A DNA stretch of 64,000 bases from assembly GCA_014905635.1 (NCBI GenBank), contig JABVCE010000024.1, forward strand, positions 62,001 to 126,000. The letters are read 5' to 3'. This stretch comes from Scenedesmus sp. PABB004. Its lineage: Eukaryota. Positions 49,637 to 61,900 of this stretch are shown here, piece by piece. Under the pieces are notes generated by a model that was given only the letters and a program-made list of their open reading frames with translations, was not told the DNA's origin and made no database searches. The position numbers were made by a program, and so were the translations under genes. Positions within the stretch are counted from its first letter, which is position 1. Every line of letters starts with the position of its first letter.

Positions 49637-50210
49637 GCGGCGCAGCGCTCCGCCGAGCGGCCCGCCACGACCGCGGCCTTCACGCCGCGCGCGCGCTGCC
49701 GGCCGCACCTGCAGCAGCTGCGGCTCGGCGCCGGCGCTGCCGCCGGCAGCCAGCCTCCCGCCGCGCGGCAGGCCGACCAGCGGCGGCGTGCTGCCGCCGC
49801 GCAGCAGCTGGCCCTGGACGCCCGCGCTGCCGGCGGCCGTGCGCCGCCAGCACCTTCGCCGCGCTGGCGCGCGAGGGCGCGCAGCCGCGCGCCAGGAGGC
49901 CGGGCAGCATCTGCGGCGCGCCGGCGCCCTCAAACACCGCCTGGCGGTGGCGCGGCGCGCCGGCTGCCAGCGCGCGCGGGGCCGCCGCGGCGGCGGCCCG
50001 CGCCGCGGCCGCGCCAGTGCCTGAGCCGAGCAAGCGCGTGCGGTGCGCCGCACCGGGTGCGGCAGGGCGCCCGAGTCAATGGTGAGCGCCTGCGCCTCGG
50101 ACAGCCCTCCGCGCGTCCACAGCGCGGCCTCGGACGCCGGCCCGGCGCGGGCGCAGCAGCGCGGGCAGGGGCGCGATGACCGGAGATGGCGGGGGTCGAG
50201 GGGCCGGCCG
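49637..50210 (-). pseudogene. Dispersed ARM-like remnant, copy 3
   Basis: Inverted match to 29072-29632; absent at the syntenic position of unit A (shared anchor GCGGCGACTAGG at ~35573 and ~50210). Confidence 0.55.
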
Positions 50211-50901
50211 CGGCGACTAGGTTTTCCCTTTTTTTAACTTGGCGTCAGCGGCGCTGACCCCGGCGCTCAGCAGCAGTCGATCCGGCGTTGCTCGGCCCTG
50301 GCCGGCGGTCGACGGTGGCACAAGCAGGCTGGTCGCCCGGCCTGTGCGCCTGCCAGGCGCGCAGGGAGGCCGGGGCGGCGCAGCGCTGGCGGGCGGTGGG
50401 CTGAGCCAGCGCCCTGGCCAGCCGCTCACGGCCCGCGCCGTGGCTCGTGCGACGGAGCTGATGGAGAGCACCGCAGGCGTGCACGACGGCCGTGGCAGCG
50501 GGTGTTCGGCGTCGGGCGACGCCGGCAGTCGCCGAATTCGCTTGCGAGCTCACACAAATGCCGTTCTGCCTGCGCGCCGATGCCCCAAACGGTGCGCGTC
50601 TCCATCGTCCGCGCTCGTCCCCGCCGCGCGCGCGGTCGCAGAGCAAGCAGGCGCGGCGCACTCGGCCGCGTACCGAGCGCGCGCGCTACCCGACTGCTCC
50701 CCCCGGCGCAGAGACGCCATCACTCTGCGCCCCCTGCTGAGCGTGCTCGCCCCTGTGCGCTCCGCTCATCGCGCCGCGGGCCGCGCCTCTGCGACGCCCT
50801 GGCGCGCGGGGGTGCGCCGACGACCGTGAAGCCCTAGCGAGCGCCCTACGCCGCTGGTGCCGGCGGCACCCTCTTCCTCGGCCCCGCGCGACTCGCACGG
50901 G

Positions 50902-53900
50902 ATGCGGGCGTGGGCGGCCGCGCTGCTGCTGCTGGCGTGCTGCGCGGCGTCGGTGCGTGCGCAGACCTGCAAGGTGGCCATCTGCGTCGCAATCGACGAG
51001 AGCACCAGCATCACCGCCCCCAACTTCGCGTTGGTCAAGAGCTTTGTGGCCAACCTGTTCGTCCGTACCAGCAGCGTCGTGGGCAGCTCCAATTGTGCGG
51101 CGCGCGTGCGCTGCGCGGCCGGCCCGCAGCGACTGCGGCGGCGCCGCGCCGGGCGGGCTTGGCCGCCGCATGCCGCTCGTAGGACCCGCGTCCGCGGGCC
51201 GACCACGGGCGCCACTCTTGAGCTGACCGCGCTCGCCCGCTGCGCCTCCCGGCCCGCCTCGACTCGGTCCAGCGTACCTGTTTGGTGCGTCCCGGTTCAG
51301 CACGACCGCAGCCAGCTTTATCAGTCCGTTGAACAACAACATTCAGACCACCAATACCACGATACTTAACATGAATTATGCCGGCGGGGCCACCAACATG
51401 GTGTGCTGGGAAGGGGGGAGGGGAGAGGGGGAGGGGGGGCTGGGGCTCGCACGCAGTGCGCGCCTGCCGTCGCACCTCGCACACACTGAGCTGCCCCCGT
51501 GCCGCCGCGCCCCCGCAGGAGGGCGGCATCAAGAGTGAGGCCTGCGCGGGCGCGCCGCGGTGCTGGCCGTGCGGCGCCGCGGAGTCCACTGATCTCACCG
51601 ATGTGCGTGCCCCCGCCGCGCGCGCGCGCGCAGTGTGCTTCAACAAGGACTCTGGCTCGGAAGCCGGCACCCTGAGATCCAGCTCGGCCGGCACCCTGAC
51701 CCGCATCCTGGTCTTGCTCACCGGTGCGGCGGCGGCGGCGGCGCCGTCGCCGTCGTCGGCGGCGGTGGCGAGCAGGCGGCCAGCGCAGCGCAGTGCAGCG
51801 GTGCCGCGCTCCCACGGCCAGCTAAGGGCGAGCTCTCCACCCGCCGCCGCCTCAACACCACCCTCTGCTGGCCGCCCCCGCCGACGTACAGATGGCAAGC
51901 CAAACTATGTGTATAGACTCACTCCGCCGAACTGCTGCCTCAGCAACGCCACGACAGATGTTTGCCTGCCTGCCGACTACAACAGCACCACAGACGTCTC
52001 GGCATGCGCCCAGGGCACGGTCAAGAACAGGGGTGGGTGTTGCCGCTGCCGCTGCTCCGCGCGCAGCGCCGCCCGGCCCGCCCCCGCACCAACCGCGGCG
52101 CGCGCGCCCCCACTCCGCCCACCCCTGCCTCTGCCTCCCCCTCTCCCCCACGCCCCAAGCCGCCGTGGCGCGGGCCGCTGGCATCACCTTTATCAGCGTC
52201 GGCGTCTCCCCAGCCGTTGACGACACCTTCCTGGGAAGCCTGGGCCAGTACTACAAGATTGATGACTTTGCCAGCATGGCGGCACAGGTCGAAACAATCG
52301 CCACGGGGTTCTGCACCGACGCGCGCGTGACCAAGGTGGTCTCGGCGACAAACCAGACGGTCGGCGGCAGCTTCACGTTTACGGTGACCATCACCAACAC
52401 GGGCAAGTTTGCTATCGCGCCCACGGCAGCCAGACCCATGGTTTTCGCCGACACGCTGCCGTTGGGGCTCACGTTCCAGGCCGGCAGCGTCGCGCCCGGC
52501 GGCGCCGGCAGCCCGTCAGGTGCGGGGCGGGGCGGCGGCGATCCCGCCGGGGCGCCGTCGGCGCGCGGCGGCTGGCCCGCCGCGCCGCGTGTGCGGAGGC
52601 GCAGGCCGCGCGGTGCCGTCGCACCAACGGCGCGCAGCGGCGGCACCACGCTGCAGTTGCGGCGCGGCCGTGGCGCCCCAGCGCCTGCCTGCCGGTGGGC
52701 GCTGCCAGCCCGAAGCGCCTAGCTTCGACTGACACGCCCCTCGCCCCCCGCGCTGCCGTGCTGCGCGCAGCCACATGCTCCTACGACAGCGTCGCCCGCT
52801 CGCTGAGGTGCTCAGTCACGAGCGGCACCCTGGCAGTGAGCGGCACCGCCAGCACCTGGTCCTACACGTACACCGCGGCCGCCACCGGGCCTGGCACCTT
52901 CAGCGTCCCAACCGTGCTGTCCCCATTCCTGGACAACACCGCCGGAAACAACAATGCCGCAGTCCAGGTGAGCGCCGCGGCCGCCGGGAACACGCGGGCG
53001 ACCCGTTTGGGCGCACCACGCGGTCGGAGCAGCAGCAGGTGGCCAGCGACGCCGAGCTGCTGCGCTGCTGGCGGCGGCGGCGCGCTGCAGGCGCCTTGCC
53101 ACGCGCGCGCGCGCCCCGACCCGCCTGGGGCCGACCGCCCACCACGGCTGCGCGCGCAACTGACTGTTGTTGTGCGACGCCGCCGTGCAGGTGACGGTGA
53201 CGGGGGTGGCCAACACCAACACCCCAGTCTCAGGTGCGCGCGCCCGCTCGCTGCGGTCAGGCCCTGGGCAGGTTGCGGCAGGCCCTGCCTGACTGGCTGT
53301 GGCGTGTGCCGGCAGCAGCTGCGCTCGTCGCTCGCCGCAGCGCTGGGCGCATCGGCGAGACACCGCGCACGGCCGCCCCGCAGACCCGACGGTCTCCGCG
53401 TCCCTGTCTGCGTCCACCGTGCTCATCGGGAGCAAGCTCAATGCCACAGTCACTGTGACAAACCAGAGCCCCTCTGTTCAGGCCATCAACGTGGTCACTG
53501 AGTACACGCTGCCGGCTGGGCTGGACTTTGACAACAGCACGTCGCCACCAGCCGGTGCGCGGGGTGCCGGCTCCTCCCAGGGATGCACAGATGTGTGAAG
53601 CCGGGCGCCACTCCATGACGCGCCTGCTGCGCTGCCGCGCCGCCACGCGCGCAGGCTGCTCGGTGAGCGGCAAGGTCCTCACCTGCGCAGCCGGCAACAT
53701 GTCAGCGAGCGGCAGCACGGCGTACGTCGTCGGCCTGGTGGCCGTCCTGGGGGACACGTGGGACAGCGAGGCCATTGTCGATGCGGACAATGACGGAGAT
53801 GCCACCAATAACGGACCGGTGGTAGCAACGGTGACTGTCTTGGCCACGTGTGACGTGTACAACCCCGATGGCACTCGGTTTGGATGCAGCGCTGGCTCCA

Positions 53901-56900
53901 TCTTCAACACCACGGCCGGCAGTGACCCGGTGCCTGACCAGGATACGTGCTGCGTGAGTGGCTTGCTTGGTGGGAGGGGCGTGGCTGCAACGCGGCAGCC
54001 AGCCAGCGCTGGCTGCACTGCGCTGCCAAGCTGCGCTCCAGCTCAAGGACATGCCGCCTGCCGAGCGCCAGTACCGCCGCCTCCGCCATCCCTGCTGCCG
54101 CCACGGCCGACGCCGCCACTGCCGCCACCCGCTGCCGCGCAGATTACTTGCCAGGTGTGCGCGGACTTTGTCGACCAGTGCGGCAGCTTTAACAACCTCT
54201 GCGGCGCCACGATCAACTGCACCTGCTCGGCGCCCAAGCCCTTCTGCCACATGCCCCAGACGCCGCTGCAGCCCGCGGGGCCTGGCTTCTGCTCCAACAG
54301 CTCCTTCAACCCGAGCCCCGACCTGGACGTTGCCATCACGCGCACAGTGCCGGCCGCCCCGGTGCTCATCAACACCACTTTTGACACCAACCTCACCGTG
54401 CGCGTCGTCAGCGGGCAGAGCGGCGCTAATGACGTCGTCGTGGTGGACACGCTGCCGCCGGGGCTGGCGCTCGTGTCGGTGCAGACGCCGGTCGGCACCT
54501 GCACGCCTGCTGGCTCGACCATCACCTGTGCGATCGGCGCAATGGCGCTGTCGCAGTCGGTGGTGATGTCCGTCCGCGTGCGCGCGACGGCGCAGGGCAC
54601 GCAGTCTACAAACACCACTGTCAGCGCGACGGGCGACACCAACGCTACCACCAGCGTCGACAGCCAGACCATCACGGTCATCTGCGCCAGTTGCGCCTCG
54701 TTCGCCACTGCTGTGTGCGGCAACATCAGCAATGGCTGCGGCGGCACGATGAACTGCACCTGCTCGGCGCCCAAGCCCTTCTGCCACATGCCCCAGACGC
54801 CGCTGCAGCCCGCGGGGCCTGGCTTCTGCTCCAACAGCTCCTTCAACCCGAGCCCCGACCTGGACGTTGCCATCACGCGCACAGTGCCGGCCGCCCCGCT
54901 GCTCATCAACACCACGTTTGACATGCCCATCACTGTGCGCGTCGTCAGCGGGCAGAGCGGCGCTGATGACGTCGTCGTGGTGGACACGCTGCCGCCGGGG
55001 CTGGCGCTCGTGTCGGTGCAGACGCCGGTCGGCACCTGCACGCCTGCTGGCTCGACCATCACCTGTGCGATCGGCGCAATGGCGCTGTCGCAGTCGGTGG
55101 TGATGTCCGTCCGCGTGCGCGCGACGGCGCAGGGCACGCAGTCTACAAACACCACTGTCAGCGCGACGGGCGACACCAACGCTACCACCAGCGTCGACAG
55201 CCAGACCATCACGGTCATCTGCGCCAGTTGCGCCTCGTTCGCCACTGCTGTGTGCGGCAACATCAGCAATGGCTGCGGCGGCACCGTGGCCTGCACCTGC
55301 CCCGCAGACAGGCCTGTCTGCAGCCAGCCAAGCCCGCTGCAGCCGGGGTCGTGCTCCTCTCCCGTTCCCGTTCCGCCGAGCGTCGGGAACCCTGCCGTGT
55401 CCGTGCGCCAGCGCGCCGTGTACGCCGACCCGGCGCTCGGCTACGCGCGCACCGGGGAGGCGTTTGACCTCGTGCTCACGGTGCAGCCAGAGAATGGCCC
55501 GGCCGGCGCGCAGGACGTGGTCCTCCAAACCACACTGCCAGCAGGGCTGGAGCTGATTTCTGTCAACCCACGTGCGCGCGCCTCGCGCCGCGCAGCGCGG
55601 CCGCGCGGCTGCTGCGCGCTGGCCGCCCTCATCGAACTGACCGCGCCGGCCTGCTGGCCTGCTGCAGGTGGCGGCTGCGCCATCACGTACCCCCTGGTCA
55701 AGTGCACGTATGCCTCCCTGTCTGGCAGCCGTGACATCTCCATCAGCGTCAAGGCCAACAGCCCCGGCGCGTTCATGACCGTGGCCGAGGTGACTGCCTC
55801 TGGCGGGCTCACGAACAGAGACAGCAATACGTTAGTTGTTGTGAAGAGGGATGCGGGCGTCTCCATCGCCGTGACCACGCCCAGCGGCTCCGTGCTCATT
55901 GGCAGCAAGCTCAACTGCACGCTGGTCGTGACCAACCCGGGCACGCTGCCGGCCACGGGCGTGGTTGCCAAGTACACGCTGCCACCTGGGCTGGCATTTG
56001 ACCCCAGCACCCCCCTGCCTGCAGGTGCGCGCGCACAGGGTGCCAGGCGCTGGGTTTGAGCCCAGGACCAGCTGCGCCCGCGCGCAGGCCAGCTGTGCCT
56101 CAAGAGGCCGCGCTCATGCGCCGCTGCCGTGCGGGCGCAGGTTGCACCATCGGCGGCCGTCGTGCTGCCAGGCAGCCCAGGTCGCCCCGGGCCGCCCAGG
56201 CCGGCGGGACGCTGTCCTGCGGGCCCGGCAGCGTCCCGCCGGGCGGCAATGTGGCGTACGTCGTGGGCGTGGTGGCCATCCAGGAGGGCTCGTGGGACAG
56301 CACGGCCCGCGTGGCAGCGACCAATGACACCAACCCGAGCAACGACGGCCCCGTCAAGCTTTCAATCACCGTGCGCAAGACGTGTGCCATGTACAGCGCT
56401 GACGGCGCACCCTTCAACTGCACCGCTGGCACAGAGCTTGACGCAACCCAAACCAGTAACGCGAGCCCCAGCCAGGCGACTTGCTGCGAGGTGAGCTGTC
56501 GCCTGCCAGCACTGCCGCATGGCGCGGTGCAGGCTCACTGCTGCGTCAGCAAGCAGGCCAACAGGGCACCACACTCGTCTCGCCCTCACGGCCCCGCTGC
56601 GCGGCTTGCAGGTTGCTGATGGCGCGCCGGACGTCTCCATCGCCGTGACCACGCCCAGCGGCTCCGTGCTCATTGGCAGCAAGCTCAACTGCACGCTGGT
56701 CGTGACCAACCCGGGCACGCTGCCGGCCACGGGCGTGGTTGCCAAGTACACGCTGCCGCCTGGGCTGGCGTTTGACCCCAGCACCCCCCTGCCTGCAGGT
56801 GCGCGCGCACAGGGTGCCAGGCGCTGGGTTTGAGCCCAGGACCAGCTGCACCCACGCGCAGGCCAGCTGTGCCTCAAGAGGCCGCGCTCACGCGCCGCTG

Positions 56901-59900
56901 CCGTGCGGGCGCAGGTTGCACCATCGGCGGCCGTCGTGCTGCCAGGCAGCCCAGGTCGCCCCGGGCCGCCCAGGCCGGCGGGACGCTGTCCTGCGGGCCC
57001 GGCAGCGTCCCGCCGGGCGGCAATGTGGCGTACGTCGTGGGCGTGGTGGCCATCCAGGAGGGCTCGTGGGACAGCACGGCCCGCGTGGCAGCGACCAATG
57101 ACACCAACCCGAGCAACGACGGCCCCGTCAAGCTTTCAATCACCGTGCGCAAGACGTGTGCCATGTACAGCGCTGACGGCGCACCCTTCAACTGCACCGC
57201 TGGCACAGCGCTCAATGCAACCCAAACCAGTAACGCGAGCCCCAGCCAGGCAACTTGCTGCGAGGTGAGCTGCCGCCTGCCAGCACTCCCTGCATGGCGG
57301 TGCAGGCCCACCGCCATTGCTGCTCCTTGAACTACTTGCCCGCACTGGCCTGCTGCTGCCCGCAGGCCGCCGTCATGCCCGAAGACACTAGCGGGCCAGA
57401 CGTCTCCATCACCGCATCCACGCTGAACACCGCTGTGCTCATTGGCAGCAAGCTCAACTGCACGCTGGTCGTGACCAACCCGGGCGCGCTGCCGGCCACG
57501 GGCGTGGTTGCCAACTACACGCTGCCGCCTGGGCTGGCGTTTGACCCCAGCACCCCCCTGCCTGCAGGTGCGCGCGCACAGGGTGCCAGGCGCTGGGTTT
57601 GAGCCCAGGACCAGCTGCACCCACGCGCAGGCCAGCTGTGCCTCAAGAGGCCGCGCTCACGCGCCGCTGCCGTGCGGGCGCAGGTTGCACCATCGGCGGC
57701 CGTCGTGCTGCCAGGCAGCCCAGGTCGCCCCGGGCCGCCCAGGCCGGCGGGACGCTGTCCTGCGGGCCCGGCAGCGTCCCGCCGGGCGGCAATGTGGCGT
57801 ACGTCGTGGGCGTGGTGGCCGTTCAGGAGGGCTCGTGGGACAGCACGGCCCGCGTGGCAGCGACCAACGACACCAACCCGAGCAACGACGGCCCCGTCAA
57901 GCTTTCAATCACCGTTCGCAGGACGTGCGTCCAGTACAGCGCTGACGGCGCACCCTTCAACTGCACCGCTGGCACAGCGCTCAATGCAACCCAAACCAGT
58001 AACGCGAGCCCCAGCCAGGCAACTTGCTGCGAGGTGAGCTGCCGCCTGCCAGCACTCCCTGCATGGCGGTGCAGGCCCACCGCCATTGCTGCTCCTTGAA
58101 CTACTTGCCCGCACTGGCCTGCTGCTGCCCGCAGGCCGCCGTCATGCCCGAAGACACTAGCGGGCCAGACGTCTCCATCACCGCATCCACGCTGAACACC
58201 GCTGTGCTCATTGGCAGCAAGCTCAACTGCACGCTGGTCGTGACCAACCCGGGCGCGCTGCCGGCCACGGGCGTGGTTGCCAAGTACACGCTGCCACCTG
58301 GGCTGGCGTTTGACCCCAGCACCCCCCTGCCTGCAGGTGCGCGCGCACAGGGTGCCAGGCACTGGGTTCGAGCCCAGGACCGGCTGCGCCCGCGCGCAGG
58401 CCAGACGCGCCTCAAGGTCGCGCTCACACGCCGCTGCCGTGCGGGCGCAGGTTGCACTGTCGCCGTCCGCAGTGCTGCCGGGTCGCCCCGGGCTGCCCAG
58501 GCCGGCGGGACGCTGTCCTGCGGGCCCGGCAGCGTCCCGCCGGGCGGCAATGTGGCGTACGTCGTGGGCGTGGTGGCCGTTCAGGAGGGATCGTGGGACA
58601 GCACGGCCCGCGTGACAGCAACCAACGACACCAACCCGAGCAACGACGGCCCCGTCAAGCTTTCAATCACCGTGCGCAGGACGTGCGGCCAGAACAGCGC
58701 TGACGGCGCACCCTTCAACTGCAGCGCCGGCACAGAGCTTGACGCAACCCAGGTCAACGCAAGCCCTAGTCAAGCAACGTGCTGTCAGGTAAGCTGCCGC
58801 CTGCCAGCACTCCCTGCTTGGCGCGGTGCAGGCTCGCTGCTGCAGCCACCTGCTGCTGCACCTTGAACTGACCCGCACTGGCCTGCTGCCCGCAGGTCGC
58901 CTTCGCGCCCGAGGTCACTGGCGCACCGGACGTCTCCATCGCCGTGACCACGCCCAGCGGCTCCGTGCTCATCGGCAGCAAGCTCAACTGCACGCTGGTC
59001 GTGGCCAACCCGGGCGCGCTGCCGGCCACGGGCGTGGTTGCCAACTACACGCTGCCGCCTGGGCTGGCATTTGACCCCAGCACCCCCCTGCCTGCAGGTG
59101 CGCGCACGGCCATGCGCTGGGTTTGAGCCCAGGACCGGCTGCGCCCGCGCGCAGGCCAGACGCGCCTCAAGGTCGCGCTCACATGCCGCTGCCGTGCGGG
59201 CGCAGGTTGCACTGTCGCCGTCCGCAGTGCTGCCGGGTCGCCCCGGGTTGCCCAGGCCGGCGGGACGCTGTCCTGCGGGCCCGGCAGCGTCCCGCCGGGC
59301 GGCAATGTGGCGTACGTCGTGGGCGTGGTGGCCGTTCAGGAGGGCTCGTGGGACAGCACGGCCCGCGTGACAGCGACCAACGACACCAACCCGAGCAACG
59401 ACGGCCCCGTCAAGCTTTCAATCACCGTGCGCAGGACGTGCGGCCAGTACAGCGCTAATGGCACTCGGTTTGGATGCAGCACTGGCTCCAGCTTCAACAC
59501 CACGGCTGCCAACGACCCCACGCCTGGCCAGCAGACGTGCTGCGTGAGTGGCTTGCTTGGCGGGAGGGGCGTGGCTGCAATGCGGCAGCGCTGGCTGCCA
59601 AGCTGCGTTCCCGCTCGAGCACGCACTGCTCGACGGTTCTTCCTTGCCAAGCGCCGGTGCTGCGGCCATTCTCCCTTTTGCAGCCGCGGCCGTCCCCGCT
59701 GCCGCCGACGATGCCGCCGCCACTGCCCCACCCGCTGCCGCGCAGATTGACTGCAAGGGCTGCGCGGACTTTGCGTCTGGGTGTGGCACCATCAGCGACG
59801 GCTGCGGTGGCACGCTCGACTGTGGCTGCTCGGGCGCCACGCCGTTCTGCCACCAGTCGCAGGCCCTCCAGGCCCTTTCCGAGTTGGGCTACTGCGACGC

Positions 59901-61900
59901 TGCGCCCTTCAACCCGGGGTCCAGCCTGGACGTGCTCGTGGACAAGGTCGGCCCGAGCGAGCCGGTCGAGCTCGGGTCCGAGTTCAACTTCCTCGTCACC
60001 GTGCGCGTCGTCTCCGGCCCCAAAGGCGCCAACGACGTCACCGTGGTGGACACGCTGCCGCCAGGGCTGGAGCTGGTCTCGCTGCGGACGCCGCGCGGCA
60101 CCTGCACGCCGTCGGGCTCCACCATCACGTGCGCGTTTGGGAACATGGTACTGTCGCAGTCGGTTGTCGTGATGATGCGTGTGCGGGCGACGGCGAAGGG
60201 CATGCACAACACGAGCATCGCCACAAAGGCGAGCGATGACAACCTATTGAACAACAAGGCCATGGCCGCGGTGCAGGTGGGTGTCGCATCCAGCTCTCCC
60301 AAGATGGGAGCAGCGCAGGGCCTGCCGCGGCGCTCCTCTCTGACTGCCAACCGCGCGTCGCAGGTGATTTGCAGCACGTGCGACAGCTTTCTTGGCCGGT
60401 GCGGCGCCATCGCCACCGGGTGTGGCACCATCCAGTGTGGATGCCCCAAGAAGCGCCCCGTGTGCGTGCAGCTGCCAGGGGCCACCAGCAGCAGCGTGTG
60501 CAACACGCGGTCTGTCAGCCCGGGCGGGCGCGTGGACGTCGCCGTCATGGTCACCGGGCCCACCTCAGCCGTGGTGGTTGGCCGCGAGTTTGAGCTGCTG
60601 ATCACTGCCACTGTCCTGAGCGGCGCAAAGGGCGCACGCAACGTCGTCGTCACCAGTCGCATCCCCGACGGTCTGGAGGTGGTGGGCGTGGTGCCTGGTG
60701 CGCGCGCATGCCCCTGTGCGCCCCTGCGCGCGCTGCGCGTGCCCCTACATGTGCTGCGTGCCCCCGCGCGCTCGACACCCACCCGGCCCGCTGCCGGCCG
60801 GTGCACCGACTGCGTCGCCGCCGCTGCCCGCAGACGCGCAATGCACAATCCAATACCCCTCAATCTCTTGCGCCGTGGGCTCGCTGGGCATGGGCGAGAG
60901 CTTCTCCCTCAGGGTGCACGTCAAGGCGACGCGCGCCGGGTCCTTCTCCAGCAGTGCCACGGTCAGCGCGACCGCCGACGCCCAGAAAGCCAACAACCGC
61001 TACGACGTGAGAGTCACCGTGGTCAACGGCGCGTGCTGTGCGCCCGATCGGGCCTGCCGGCTGGTCGATGAGTCTGCGTGTGTTGGCACCTACATGCCTG
61101 GCCAGGCGTGCGACAGCGCAACTTGTAGGCTCGTGCCGGCTGCGCTCCCCCTCGGCGCGTGCTGCGACGTGCAGCGCGGCCAGTGCTCGGTGATGGCCAG
61201 GGCCAGCTGCGCGTCAGGCGCCGCCTGGTCGCAGGGTGCCAACTGCACCTTGGACGTCTGCCCGCAGGCAGTAAGTGGCGGCTGAGCGCCGCGCGCGCGC
61301 CGCGCGCCGCTTGTCCTTTTGGCCCTGGTGGCCAGTTCGCGCACACAACTGCTGACGTGCGGCGTCCCCGCCCCCCTCCCGCAGGCGTCCCCGCCCCCCT
61401 CCCCGGCCCCCTCCTGCACGCCGGACTGGCGCATGTGCACGCCGTCTGTGGGAAACGGCTCCAACCCCTGCTGCAATCATCCCACGAGCGCGTGCATGCC
61501 CGTGCAGGGCCTGACAACGCGCTGGTACGCCTGCACGCTGCTCGGCGAGGCCTGCCACGGTGAAGGCCAGGCCTGCGGCTCGTGCCCCGGTGGCGCGTCA
61601 TGCTGCGACGGGCTCACCTGCAAGTGGGACCACAAGCACGGCGGCAACGGCGTGTGCACAAAGCCGTTCACGTGCGCCCAAGACGGCGCGTCCTGCGCCG
61701 CAGCGGAGGACTGCTGCCCCGGCTCCACCTGCAGCTCCGACGGCCGGTGCCGTCCGTGCGACTGCGACCGACGGTGCCACAAGCACGACAAGGCGTGCGA
61801 GGCGGAACGCGAATCAGAGTGCAAGAGCCTGTCTGCGGTTGTTGCAAGCGCCGTCCTGCCCGGCCCGGGCGGCGCCATCATCCAAGTGCGGGGGGCGTGA
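50902..61900 (+). CDS. Giant secreted adhesin-like glycoprotein, paralog 2: signal peptide, vWA (MIDAS), 12 DUF11/Ig-like modules, Cys-rich linkers and C-terminus
   Basis: MRAWAAALLLLACCAASVRA; IDESTS..GGATNM..LLTDGKPN; same module order as paralog 1 with one extra stalk unit; stop 61900. Confidence 0.85.
54199..55290 (+). repeat. 537-bp exonic tandem duplication x2 in paralog 2
   Basis: Two near-identical CTCSAPKPFC..DLDVAITR..TTSVDSQTITVICASC units. Confidence 0.93.
55850..59440 (+). repeat. ~760-775 bp exon+intron tandem array x5 in paralog 2
   Basis: GGCAGCAAGCTC anchors at ~55901, 56675, 57444, 58213, 58974. Confidence 0.93.

Noticed and set aside
50195..50240. CTAG plus T-rich tract as a Helitron or retroposon end
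   Set aside because: CTAG is followed by G, there is no convincing subterminal hairpin, and the same GCGGCGACTAGG occurs in unit A without the insert.
36150..61900. vWA-DUF11 region as prokaryotic contamination or a viral insert
   Set aside because: Both genes have many host-style GT-AG introns and are co-duplicated with part of a host kinase; no viral hallmark genes seen.
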